64,000 nt of DNA from Eledone cirrhosa (Eukaryota), in NCBI GenBank assembly GCA_964016885.1, contig OZ024746.1, positions 70,432,001-70,496,000 on the forward strand. Direction: 5' to 3'. The notes below the pieces were generated by a model. The model was given only the letters and a program-made list of their open reading frames with translations, was not told where the DNA came from and did no database searches. The position numbers and the translations under genes were made by a program. Every line of letters begins with the position of its first letter. Position 1 is the stretch's first letter. Of this stretch, positions 36,692 to 47,812 are shown piece by piece.

Positions 36692-36977
36692 CATACATAC
36701 AGTGATTCATTGATGGCTTTTTTCGTGGCAATATATATTTTTTCATACTTTTTAACGGTAAATTATTAATAACAATATACCGTATTTGCCAGACTATATA
36801 TTAAATTATGTTTTGACGTTTATAGGCAGTTTTGTGGGCTACGCCCAATATTTGCGCTTCTGAAACTCTTCACGGGTGCTCTAGGGACATAAACCTCACT
36901 AATACAGTTGCACAACTGTATACATATATATATATATATATATGTGTACGCACATATATATGTTTCTATACATATTA

Positions 36978-37295
36978 AGGCACATGGCTTAGTGATTAGA
37001 GCATTGGCCTTGCAATCGAAAGGTTGTGAGTTCAATTCTCAGACCGGGTGATGTGTTGTTTATTTTACATTGCTCCAGTTTACTCAGCTGTAGAAATGAG
37101 ATGATAGGGACTGGGGTCAATATCATGCCACTGCAAAGTGGTTGTGCAGGTGCCATGGCAAAAAAGCACCCAGCACTCACTGTAAATGAGGTTGGTGTTA
37201 GGAAGGGCATCCAGCTGTAGAAATCAAGCCAGAATCAGTTCCCGTCACACCCTTGCAAGCAGGGAAAAGCGGACGTAAAATGAAATGAATGAATG
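36978..37295 (+). mobile_element. tRNA-derived SINE with RTE-type 3' tail, unit-specific
   Basis: A box tggcttagtgattag and B box gagttcaattc. The 3' part (gaggttggtgttaggaagggcatccagctgtagaaatc...gggaaaagcggacgtaaaatga) is shared with the local RTE 3' ends. Confidence 0.85.
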
Positions 37296-37648
37296 ATATG
37301 AAAATGATTGTCTAAGGAATGGTGTTGGCCTCTAAAATTTCTGACAACAAACTCACATCATGACCTCCAGTGATTGAAGGTCTCTGGAATAACACACTAG
37401 AACAAGGACTGTTTAGGTTACATAAAAGAAACAAAATGTTAAGGCGTAAAACAAAAGCCACTAAAGTGTCTTTCATATACTAAAAATATTTCTAAGAAGC
37501 CAATGATCAAGATTTTAATTCCAACAAAAAATGTATTAAATAAAATTAATGGTAAGCAATATTTATAGTTTGTTGAATGTCTCGGCATTAATTTTTGATG
37601 TTGGTGTAGAATAAGTTATGACTTGTAAGAAGAAAGGTACATCACGTT

Positions 37649-38139
37649 TCATATTTTAAAGTCTTCAGTCAAGTGTGTTACGAACAAAAGATTTCCCACT
37701 TATTTCTCAGGGGAAAGATTTCTCACCAGTGTGTGTTAGTTTGTGTCTATTTAAGTGATTGTTAGGAAGAAAAGACTTGCCACATATTTCACGGTGGAAA
37801 GATCTCTCACCAGTGTGTGTTAGTTTGTGTCTATTTAATTGACTGATATGAAGAAAAGCCTTCCCACATATTTCACAGGGGAAAGATCTCTCACCAGTGT
37901 GTGTTAGTTTGAGTCTATTTAATTGACTGTTACGAACAAAAGATTTACCACATATTTCAGTGGAAAGGTTTCTCACCAGTGTGTGTTAGTTTGTGTCTAT
38001 TTAAGTTAATGTTATGAAGAAAAGACTTGCCACATATTTCACAGTGGCAAGATTTCTCACCAGTGTGTGTTTGTTTGTGTTTATTTAAGTTACTGTTATC
38101 GACAAAAGACTTGCCACATATTTCACAGTCGCAAAATTT
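37649..38139 (-). pseudogene. Out-of-frame zinc-finger tail downstream of the premature stop
   Basis: About five more fingers with frameshifts and Cys losses, ending in the homologous HLTEDF-type terminus at ~37649. Confidence 0.85.
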
Positions 38140-39957
38140 CTAACCAGAGTGTGTTTGTTTGTGTTTATTTAAGTTACTGTTATCGACAAAAGACTTCCCA
38201 CATATTTCACAGTGGAAAGATTTCTCACCAGTGTGTGTTTGTTTGTGTCTATTTAAGCTACTGTTACAAACAAAAGATTTACCACATATTTCACAGTGGA
38301 AAGGTGTCTCACCAGTGTGTGTTTGTTTGTGTTTATTTAAGTTACTGTTATCGACAAAAGACTTCCCACATGTTTCACAGCGGAAAGGTTTCTCTCCAGT
38401 GTGTGTTAGTTTGTGTCTATTTAAGTGATTGTTACAAACAAAAGATTTACCACATATTTCACAGTGGAAAGGTTTCTCTCCGGTGTGTGTTCTTGTGTGA
38501 ATTGTTAACATACTGTTACAAACAAAGGATTTCCCACATATTTCACAATGGTGGGGTTTTTCTCCAGTGTGTGTTTGTTTGTGTCCTGCTAAATTACTTT
38601 TACGAACAAAAGATTTCCCACATATTTCACAGCGGAAAGGTTTCTCTCCAGTGTGTATTCTTTTGTGTGTGTTTAAGTTACTGTTACAAAGAAAAGACTT
38701 CCCACATATTTCACAGTGGAAAGATCTCTCACCAGTGTGTGTTAATTTGTGTCTATTTAAGTCACAGTTACGAAGAAAAGACTTCCCACATATTTCACAG
38801 TGGCAAGATTTTTCACCAGTGTGTCTTAGTTTGTGTATATATAAGCTACTGTTTTGAAGAAAAGACTTGCCACATGTTTCACAGTGGAAAGATTTCTCAC
38901 CAGTGTGTGTTCTTGTGTGAATTGTTAACTGTCTGTTAGAGGCAAAAGATTTTCCACATATTTCACAATGATAAGGCTTTTCTCCTGTGTGTCTTCTCAT
39001 GTGTACTATTACATGAGGATTAGTCACAAAGGATTTCCCACATATTTCACAATGATATGGCTTCTCTCCAGTGTGGCTTCTCATGTGTACTATTAAATGA
39101 GCATTAGACACAAAGGATTTCCCACATATTTCACAATGATAAGGCTTTTGCCCTGTGTGTCTTCTCATGTGTACGATTAAATAACCATTAGTCACACAGG
39201 ATTTCCCACATATTTCACAATGGTGGGGTTTTTCTCCAGTGTGTGTTTGTTTGTGTTCTGCTAAATGACTGTTACGAACAAAAGACTTCCCACATATTTC
39301 ACAATGAAAAGGTCTCTCACCAGTGTGTGTTAGTTTGTGTATATTTAAGTGACTGTTTTGAAGAAAAGACTTCCCACATATTTCACAGTGGAAAGATCTC
39401 TCACCAGTGTGTGTTAGTTTGTGTCTATTTAAGTGAAAGTTACAAAGAAAAGATTTACCACATATTTCACAGTTGAAAGATCTCACACCAGTGTGTGTTA
39501 GTTTGTGTCTATTTAAGTGACTGTTATAAAGAAAAGATTTACCACATATTTCACAATGAAAAGGTCTCTCACCAGTGTGTGTTCTTTTGTGGACTGTTAA
39601 ATGGCTGTTAGTCACAAAAGAATTACCACATGTTTCACAATGAAATGCTCTCTCTTCAGTGTGTCTACGAATGTGTTCAACAAGGTCAGATGTATAAGGA
39701 GAAGATTTCCCATGTATTTCAGAGGACAACTGTTTTTCTATTGTGTGTGTGTCTTTGTGTGTGGATACTTCATCTTTTGTAGAGAAAGTTTTCCTACAAA
39801 TCTCACAGCTGTATTCTGGAATATTCCTGTGTAAAGTTCCTTCTTCTGTACATATTTCACGCGATAAAGGTTTCTCATCACTGTATGTCTGTGTAACTGT
39901 ATCTATATTGGTGGAAACTGGTGTGTTAGAAATGTTCAATTGTTTAACGTCCTCCAT
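38140..39957 (-). CDS. C2H2 zinc-finger protein, 605 aa, ending at a premature stop (possibly a pseudogene)
   Basis: N-terminus nearly identical to the other paralogs. The linker Glu codon is TAG at 38140-38142. Confidence 0.8.
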   Translation of the reverse strand: MEDVKQLNISNTPVSTNIDTVTQTYSDEKPLSREICTEEGTLHRNIPEYSCEICRKTFSTKDEVSTHKDTHTIEKQLSSEIHGKSSPYTSDLVEHIRRHTEERAFHCETCGNSFVTNSHLTVHKRTHTGERPFHCEICGKSFLYNSHLNRHKLTHTGVRSFNCEICGKSFLCNFHLNRHKLTHTGERSFHCEICGKSFLQNSHLNIHKLTHTGERPFHCEICGKSFVRNSHLAEHKQTHTGEKPHHCEICGKSCVTNGYLIVHMRRHTGQKPYHCEICGKSFVSNAHLIVHMRSHTGEKPYHCEICGKSFVTNPHVIVHMRRHTGEKPYHCEICGKSFASNRQLTIHTRTHTGEKSFHCETCGKSFLQNSSLYIHKLRHTGEKSCHCEICGKSFLRNCDLNRHKLTHTGERSFHCEICGKSFLCNSNLNTHKRIHTGEKPFRCEICGKSFVRKSNLAGHKQTHTGEKPHHCEICGKSFVCNSMLTIHTRTHTGEKPFHCEICGKSFVCNNHLNRHKLTHTGEKPFRCETCGKSFVDNSNLNKHKQTHTGETPFHCEICGKSFVCNSSLNRHKQTHTGEKSFHCEICGKSFVDNSNLNKHKQTHSG

Positions 39958-41078
39958 AGTATTTTTTTAAGAATTCTTGAAAGTTGAGAAATATCTGTGA
40001 TTATATTTTATTATTATTCAATTTCTCGTAGCAAAGTAATTCCTCTCGAAGTGCTACATATATATTATTGTAAACAAAAAGACTTCAAATTCAATGTTAG
40101 GAAATTTGGTTATGGTTAATGCATGCTATGTAGTCTAAAATATATATTGTCTATAAATGACTGGTAGCCGATGTTCTGGTAAAATAGACGTTCTTCCACT
40201 AGATTGTAATGGAACTCTCGGTTGACACAACTGTAAAGTAAGAATAGATATGACAGTGTAAGACAGATGTCGGGAAAAGAAAATGTGTTGTATGTATATA
40301 TATTTGTGGTGAGATGGCGGTCGGTATGATCATGTGTTTATTTCTCTCTGTTGACCTAATAAAATAAGTTTGTTTATCACGGAGTGTAGAAAAGTACACA
40401 ATATCTGCTGTGTTGACAATAAAAATAATACGTACTTTATATTTCAAGTCCAAGTGTAAAGTCAAGAAAGCTAATTGTTGGTGATTTAAACTTGTTTCTT
40501 TCAGTCCTTTAAATAGTAGAATAACCAATTGATGAGGTAGTGTAGTTTCTGATGAAATGAAATATTTAATCATATAGATGCTGGAACACCGATCCTGAAA
40601 CATGTAGATCACCATATATTTACCACAAAATAGTAACATCCAACTTAATAATTACTGGACAAATTATAATAATATCAATTAAAATTATAATTAATATGCA
40701 ACGTACAAGGTGACGTTGTTGATGCTTCACTATCCTGAAAGACATCGGTGTTATACGTTAAAAGTCCCTGACATAATGTAATACCTTCAGTTATGTTAGT
40801 ATCCAACTCGTGGTAAAGGAAACAACAGCCAGTAAAATGATTGCGATGCATCAACGAGGCAGTCTCTTACTTTGTTGCTTAACGTGCTACGAATAGCAGC
40901 CAAATCGCCCTCTTCACGTTTTGATCAACAGAAAGACACAGACACATACACAAACACATATATGGATAGAAATTTCGTATTTCGAAAGAAATACGATTTT
41001 AGAAAGGCGTAGCTATGCGAATAACGGGTGGTGGTTGCTAACACCCTCTAGTGTTGTCCAGCAGAAGCAAGGGGGACA

Positions 41079-41122
41079 ACCGTCTATGCATTTCAGGCTT
41101 GACTGGCCATCGTCAGGACGAT
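41079..41122 (-). ncRNA. Type I minimal hammerhead motif (family 1a, within remnant 40963-41197)
   Basis: atcgtc CTGACGA tggccagtcaagcct GAAA tgca TA gacggt. Confidence 0.85.
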
Positions 41123-41197
41123 CCCTCCCACTGCTCTATTATAAGTTGAGCCAACTTATGCAGCTTCATATGCAAATGAGATTAATCACCTCATGTT

Positions 41198-44163
41198 GAT
41201 AAGTAGAAGAGAGGACAATACTCTGATTCCATCAGCGAAATGGCTGTAGCGGTTGTCTCCCTTGTTTTGGTTGGGATCTAGACGGGAGGTGGAACCCTTT
41301 CTGCGACTTCCGGTCAGAGCCCTATAAAACTAACAACTTTAAGCTTCCTTTCTCTCTTTGCCTTTTCGGCACCAGGTCGAAGAGCCTCTCATTGCCCTTC
41401 CGGCGCCCTGGCTTTAGCCAGGCGTCCTCTGCCAGCCGCGTTTGCCTGGCAATCAAAACGGTAACTACTAACTTTGTTTCATTCTAACATCTATCTTTGA
41501 CATGTCAAGTATTCTATCTACCGTTAATTAAATATTATATACACAAACCATGTCTCGTTTTGTTACATTCATACTACCCAGTATCCTCGCTATATTGGTA
41601 ACCCTAACGTGATACGAACACGCAGCCGTTCATCGCTATAAGTGGTCACACCCCCCCCCCCCAAAAAAAAAGAAAAAAATAGCACATCTGGTTTTGTGAG
41701 TAACATTACGAATACACAGCAAATTTAGCGACAAACTATGAAAATACTCAAGGACACGCACACACGCACATGTGGAATTCGCACAGACAGACTTTTTCTC
41801 TCACGCATCAATTAACTGTCGCATTTCACCAATATATATATATATGTTTCTCGTTTCTTACAACGAACACTTTCAAAACAAAAACAAAAAAAAAACATTT
41901 CACGATATATATATGTGTTTCTCGTTTCTTACAACGAACTCTTTCAAAAAAAAAAAAAAAAAAAAGAAATTCGATATTCTTTAAAAAACATTTCAACAGG
42001 AACATTTATTTTCGATAAACCATTGCCTTTTTGTTCATCGTTTTCTTCATCGTTCAAGTTTTTTTTTTTCCAAAGTTCACACCAATAATTATGCTGAGTG
42101 AAGCCTTTCTTTTTCATCATTGTCACTTTCAAAATTGCACTATCATTTTCTCGCGCGTTAGAAATATTATTTTTTTCAACCTTGTATTGGCACGTGTAGG
42201 CAGCACAAATTCTCGATTCACAGAGATGTCTCTACTCACAGACAGCCGCACGCCATTTATCACCAGGGATTCTTCAGCCTTAAGCTATATTCTTCTATTT
42301 GCCGGTTTATAAATTTACAATGTAAATTTACAGTTGATAACCGCGCATTTATTAGGAATGCTTATTTCTCTGGTCGCTGGCCTCTTGACCCTTCCAGGTC
42401 AACGCATTCTCAACATCGACCATCAACTTCGGCTGCTATTTCTAGCACTTTGCGCAACTCATTTTTTCTAAATAAATTTTTTTTTACTGTGAATTTAAAC
42501 ACCGAATACGCTCACTCAGCGAGACAACAGCAGCAGCAACAGCAATATAACAGCAACAGCAATACATCAATACAGCTTCACCAAAGCCAGAGAATTCATT
42601 TTTGCAGCACTCTTCCTGTGAGAAAATCCATTCGGAGGTTGGAAATTTCACGATATACCACAGAACAGAAACCACCTGCATTCATTCTCTGGAACACACT
42701 TTCTTTCCTGCTGTCATGTGATTGCACACCTGTGAACTATATTTTGAACTTTGAGCTCTTCTATTACTTTTACTTTATTACATTGTATCTTTGGGTGATG
42801 GATAGATGGATGTCCAGTCGTTCTCTGGCCAAGAGCGGTTGGCTACCTTGATATCTATCATTGATTTTTCCAAATATTCTTTTGTCGTAATTTTCATGCC
42901 TGTTACAACATTCTCGCCAACTTGCTACATATTTTCATTTCGATTTTTATACACTAAAATTCTGGCGGGAGGTTATGTAGCGGTTGTCTCCCTTGTTTTG
43001 GTTGGGATCTAGACGGGAGGTGGAACCCTTTCTGCGACTTCCGGTCAGAGCCCTATAAAACTAACAACTTTAAGCTTCCTTTCTCTCTTTGCCTTTTCGG
43101 CACCAGGTCGAAGAGCCTCTCATTGCCCTTCCGGCGCCCTGGCTTTAGCCAGGCGTCCTCTGCCAGCCGCGTTTGCCTGGCAATCAAAACGGTAACTACT
43201 AACTTTGTTTCATTCTAACATCTATCTTTGACATGTCAAGTATTCTATCTACCGTTAATTAAATATTATATACACAAACCATGTCTCGTTTTGTTACATT
43301 CATACTACCCAGTATCCTCGCTATATGGCCATGTTCGATATCTAGAAAAGGAACTGGCATAAATTCCATAAAATGTACGCATTGCAGATCTTGGGTATGC
43401 AAGAGATGTAGTGGGATAACAGGCAAACTAATAGGTAGGGAAAACTATGTATGCAGTAGATGTACAGGGAAAATTGGCAGTAGTAATCGCAGTGATAGAC
43501 ACATTTTTCCAATGCAGGTGGTTCTATAGAAGGGGTTGACAGCTTCCGGTACCTAGGTGATCAGATTAGCATGGAAGGGGGGGAGGGGTTCCGAGGCCAT
43601 AGTATCTAGAATAAGGGCAGGTTGGAAGAAGTTTAGAGAGCTGCTTCCTCTGTTGACAAAGCAGGGTTTCTCCCTGTGTATGAAAAGACGGTTATATGAT
43701 CCCTGTGTGAGATGCGCGATTCTGCATGGTAGTGAGACATGGGCAGCAACTGCAGAGGATATGCAACGGCTGGAGAGAAATGAAGCAAACATGCTCCGTT
43801 GGATGTGCAATGTCAATGTGCGTGAACGACCAAGCATAGATGAGTTGAGAAAGAAACTGGGTATAAGAGGGATAAGTTGTGGTGTGCAGGAGAGAAGACA
43901 GAGATGGTATGGACATGTGATGCATATGGAGATGACCGCTGGGTAAAGAAGTGCAAAGAAATCCCAGTAGAAGGAAGACGCAGTAGAGGAAGACCACGAA
44001 AAACATGGGCGGATGTGGTGAGAGCAGACCTCAGATAGCTGAAGCTCATGGAGGAGATGACGAAGGACTGTGACAAGTGGAGAGATGCTCTGCTGAATAG
44101 GATTCGTCCCTCGCTTGCAAGCAGGGAAAAGTGGACGTAAAATGATGTTGATGAGGATGATGA
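41198..44163 (+). mobile_element. RTE subfamily B fragment split by the LTR element (41198-41244 and 43326-44163)
   Basis: Removing the insertion restores ccatcagcgaaatggccatgttcgatatc, as at 35023-35051. Confidence 0.88.
41245..43325 (+). mobile_element. Non-autonomous LTR retrotransposon with 350-bp LTRs (41245-41594 and 42976-43325)
   Basis: LTRs look identical by eye, with ends TGTAGCG...CGCTATA. PBS TGGTAACCCTAACGTGAT at 41596-41613, purine tract ggcgggagg before the 3' LTR, TSD tggc (41241-41244 and 43326-43329), and ctataaaa in the LTR. Confidence 0.92.
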
Positions 44164-44184
44164 TATGTATATATATATATATAT

Positions 44185-44901
44185 AGTATTTACGTATCGA
44201 GAAAGAGAGAAAAAATGGAGGGATAGGTGATACATATAGTTATTTGCCAAGTAGCGTATGCCAAAGGTGCTCGATACTAGTACCGGCAGTATTAAATATT
44301 CGAAGTGTTAATATTTAGTGGGCTAGAGAGTTAGCAGAGCGTAAGCACGTGGGAAAGTGAAAAATCGGAGAATAGACCGTTAAAACATGTTTATTGAAAA
44401 TATCACCTACGTACGTTTCGCCCAGATGGGCTTCTCAAGGGCATAAACAGTCACAAGTGTTCCCTATATAGTTTGGAAAGAGATTTGGGGGTTAAATCGA
44501 CATCAAGATTCATCGCTCGCAAAAATATCTTGTTTTGATTTTGCAGCAGGTCAAGGGAGGTAACTTTGGCCAGTGTTAGGGCAGTCTTTCCCGGATAATT
44601 TTTGGTATGCAGGGATCGTTTTCTGGGTGTTGTTTTGCTGCGCCTGCCCGCCGGGGTGTTAAGACTTGTTGCAGGGAGATCAAGTGTGTTATTTCACTCT
44701 CCATTCTTAACCCATCTAAAGAAGGATATTTTTAAGCGATGTGTACAACTTATCGCTGTTTCAGCTCTGCTGTTGATGAGCTCGTGGGGTGCAGTTATGA
44801 TGTGGTAGAGCTCCATGAGGCAAAGATCGCATTTCCTCTTGAAGTTGTACGGTGCAGCCCTGTCGACAATCTCCCAGTGCGTGGAGAAGCTAATGTTTAA
44901 G

Positions 44902-44903
<2 letters not shown>
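44185..44903 (-). mobile_element. Penelope-like 3' fragment (endonuclease C-terminus plus LTR) inside a (TA)n tract, unit-specific
   Basis: The minus frame reads HWEIVDRAAPYNFKRKCDLCLMELYHII...LINSRAE...CTH. Absent at the paralogous site ~60860. Confidence 0.75.
44402..44444 (-). ncRNA. Hammerhead motif with compensatory U3-A8 core
   Basis: atgccc TTGAGAA gccc atct gggc GAAA cgtacg TA ggtgat, followed by AATAAA. Helix I is weak. Confidence 0.65.
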
Positions 44904-44960
<57 letters not shown>

Positions 44961-45169
44961 AATTAAAATACTAGAGTGTGTTGGAGTTAAACACCCTCTT
45001 CATATTATAGAAATGACAGTATAAGATATAGCTCAATAAACAGAGCCGTAGAATTATATAAATATATAAAATAAATATATATATAAATAAATATATATAT
45101 AATTATAAAAAATATTGGCAACATGACCCTCCCAAAGTATAACAATATAAAAAATAAATATATATATAT

Positions 45170-45848
45170 ATGTATAAATATTTTGTATCTCCAAAGAAAT
45201 ACAGTTTTAGGAAGCCATAGCTATGCAACATCTGGGTAGGGAGGGAGGGGGCTAACGCCCTCTAGTGATGTCCAGCAGAAGCAAGGGGAACAAGCGTCTA
45301 TGCATTTCAGGCTTAACTGGCCTTCGTCAGGACCATCCCTCCCCCCGCTTGCGACTGCTGGACTAGAAGACAGCTGAGAATATATACTTTTCTCGCCTGT
45401 GTAAGTGAGGTGATTAATCTCATTCTAGTCCAGCAGTCGCAAGCGGTGGGAGGGACCGTCCAGACGAAGGCCAGTTAAGCCTGAAATGCATAGACGGTTG
45501 TCCCCCTTGCTTCTGCTGGACATCACCAGAGGGCGGTAGCTCCCCAGTGTTTGCATAGCTACGGCTTCCTAAAACTCTATTTCTTTGGAGATACAAAATA
45601 TTTATACATATTGTATAAAGCTATGCTTGAAGCGAAACCCTATTTCTTTTTTATTATAAGTTGAGCCAACTTATGCAGCTTCATATGCAAAAGAGATTAA
45701 TCACCTCATTTACACAGACGAGAAAAGTATATATTCTCAGCTGTCTCGTAGTCCAGCAGTCGCAAGCGGTGGGAGGGACGGTCCTGACGAAGGCCAGTTA
45801 AGCCTGAAATGCATAGACGGTTGTCTCCCTTGCTTCTGCTGGACATCA
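45170..45848. mobile_element. Retrozyme-like repeat, family 1b (inverted arm plus 323-nt units)
   Basis: Minus-strand core ~45296-45334. Plus-strand cores at 45461 (CAGACGA) and 45784 (CTGACGA). Confidence 0.75.
45778..45821 (+). ncRNA. Type I minimal hammerhead ribozyme motif
   Basis: gtc CTGACGA aggc cagttaa gcct GAAA tgca TA gac. Fully canonical core; predicted cut after 45815. Confidence 0.88.
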
Positions 45849-46960
45849 TCATCATCATCATCACCGTTTTACGTCCGTTCTTCCATGCTAGCATGGGTTA
45901 GACGAGTTGTCCTGTTGTGGACAGTGTCTGGTCGGCTAACCATGCCTTGCTCAGACAGGAACTGATTTTGGCTTGATTTCTACAGCTGGATGCCCTTCCT
46001 AACACCAACCTCATTTACAGTGAGTGCTGGGTGCTTTTTTTCCGTGGCGCCTACACGTCCACTTTACAGTATGGGCTGGGTGCTTTTTTGCCGTGGGCAC
46101 CTCCACAAACACTTTGCAGTGGGAGGGTGTGGGGCATATTGTCTATATGCTTCAGCTTGTACCCATGGGAGGTCGGGTACTCTGTATTACTGCATGACGC
46201 CAGAGGTCACGGTCTTGTGTCATCGCCTTTGAGAGGTGTAATTGGGTAAGGTCGGCTTTTATCACCTCATCACAGGTCTTCTTGGGTCTCCCCACTCCGC
46301 GGTTTCCATTGACTTCTAGTGCTCTGCACCTTTTTATTCAGCTGTCATCATTCATACGCATCACATGACCATACCAATGCAACCGCCTCTCCTGCACACA
46401 GCATTTGATTCCTCCTATGCTCAGTCTCTCTCTCAATTCATTTATGCTTTACCGTTTGCGTATATTACTATTACACATCCATCGGAGCATGCAGGATTCG
46501 TTTCTCTCTAATCTACATAAGTCTTCCACCTTCAGCGCCGAGGTCTCACTACCATGCAACATTGCTGTTCGGATACACGCATCATACAGTCTGACTTTCA
46601 TTTTGAGGGAGAAACCTTTTGCAGATAGCAGTGGCAGTAGTTCCCTAAACTTCTTCCATCCCGTTCTTACCCTAGTTATTGTACTTTCTGAACACCCACC
46701 TCTGCTGCTAATTCGGTCACCTAGGTAGCAGAAGCTGTCTACTGTTTCTACAGAGCCCTCCCAGAGATTGGTGGTACTTGTTTCCTGTGGCTGTTTGCTG
46801 CGTGCTGTCCCAGCACAGCTGCTACATGTGAAGCCTACATTCTTAATTAAGCTTCGTGAGATCCTGCTACATCTCTTGTGTACCCATTGTTCGCATTTGA
46901 GGCAGAGAATGGAGTTCCTACCAACACCTTTCCTACATACTGAGCAAGGCCATTTCCCTG
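45845..46960 (-). mobile_element. RTE-clade LINE 3' fragment, subfamily C
   Basis: ORF 46449-47012 (PHD-like array, FCYLGD, AMLHGSET) and (GAT)n tail. Confidence 0.88.
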
Positions 46961-46964
46961 ATAT

Positions 46965-47570
46965 ATATGCATACAGATGTACAGTAGTATGTATATATAT
47001 ACATACATGCACACATATATATATGTACGTATGGGTTTACCGAACATTTATTATAATGTTCGATTTGTTTGTAAACAAACAGCCCGAATTAAGCCGTACT
47101 GTGTTCGGCAACCATCGTTGCCCTTTTGTTCAACACGGCAAAGGAACGATGAACTAGTTTCAAGCTTATTTGCTATCGTCAGCATCATATACCTTCCTGT
47201 CAGATGATTGAACGTTTGAAAGTATATACTTTCCTTATGCATATTAACGGCTGGGCAGCCTAATTTGCATATCAAGTGAGTTAGTCGGCCGGGTGTACAG
47301 AAAACGATAAATGGAAAAGAATGAAATGAAATTCCATTTCTCACTCTTAGTACCGCTGATACTTAAATGTATGTATGTATACGTACATATAAGTATACAG
47401 ATGTACAGTAGTATATATATATATATATACATGCAAACATATATATATGTACGTATGGGTTTACCAAACTTTTATTATAATGTTCAGTTTGTTTGTAAAC
47501 AAACAGCCCGAATTAAGCCGTACAGTATTCGGCAACCATCGTCGCCCTCTTCTTCAACACTGACAATATA
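46965..47570 (-). mobile_element. Retrozyme-like partial tandem repeat, family 3 (period 424 nt)
   Basis: gtacgtatgggtttacc at 47025 and 47449. Contains a hammerhead motif and an octamer. Confidence 0.7.
47146..47188 (-). ncRNA. Type I minimal hammerhead ribozyme motif
   Basis: atgatg CTGACGA t agc aaataa gct t GAAA ctag TT catcgt, with palindromic AACTAGTT helix III. Confidence 0.85.
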
Positions 47571-47812
47571 TATACGTATATGTCTATATATATGCACACA
47601 CACACATACATATATATATATATAGTGTACAGCACGCATTCCCCGTCCTAGTTATTTGCAGAATTTTCCTAACACTAATAATAACACTAATAATTGTTCA
47701 AGGAGACCACCGCATATTCGTGGAAGCGTAAATATCTTCTGTGATTCATTGATGGCTTTTTTCGTGGCAATATATATTTTTTCATACTTTTTAACGGTAA
47801 ATTATTAATAAC

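Noticed and set aside
36838-36885. Hammerhead-like string on the minus strand (ccc GTGAAGA gtttc-a-gaagc GCAAATATT ggg), also at ~24100, 48070 and 63575
   Set aside because: Two core lesions in every copy. At best a fossil, and not supportable as a ribozyme.
36978-37050. Possible tRNA gene
   Set aside because: A and B boxes are present but there is no good acceptor stem, and it continues into a SINE body and RTE tail.
38067-38939. 290-aa plus-strand ORF and similar antisense ORFs over the ZNF genes
   Set aside because: Shadow frames of the repetitive finger codons.
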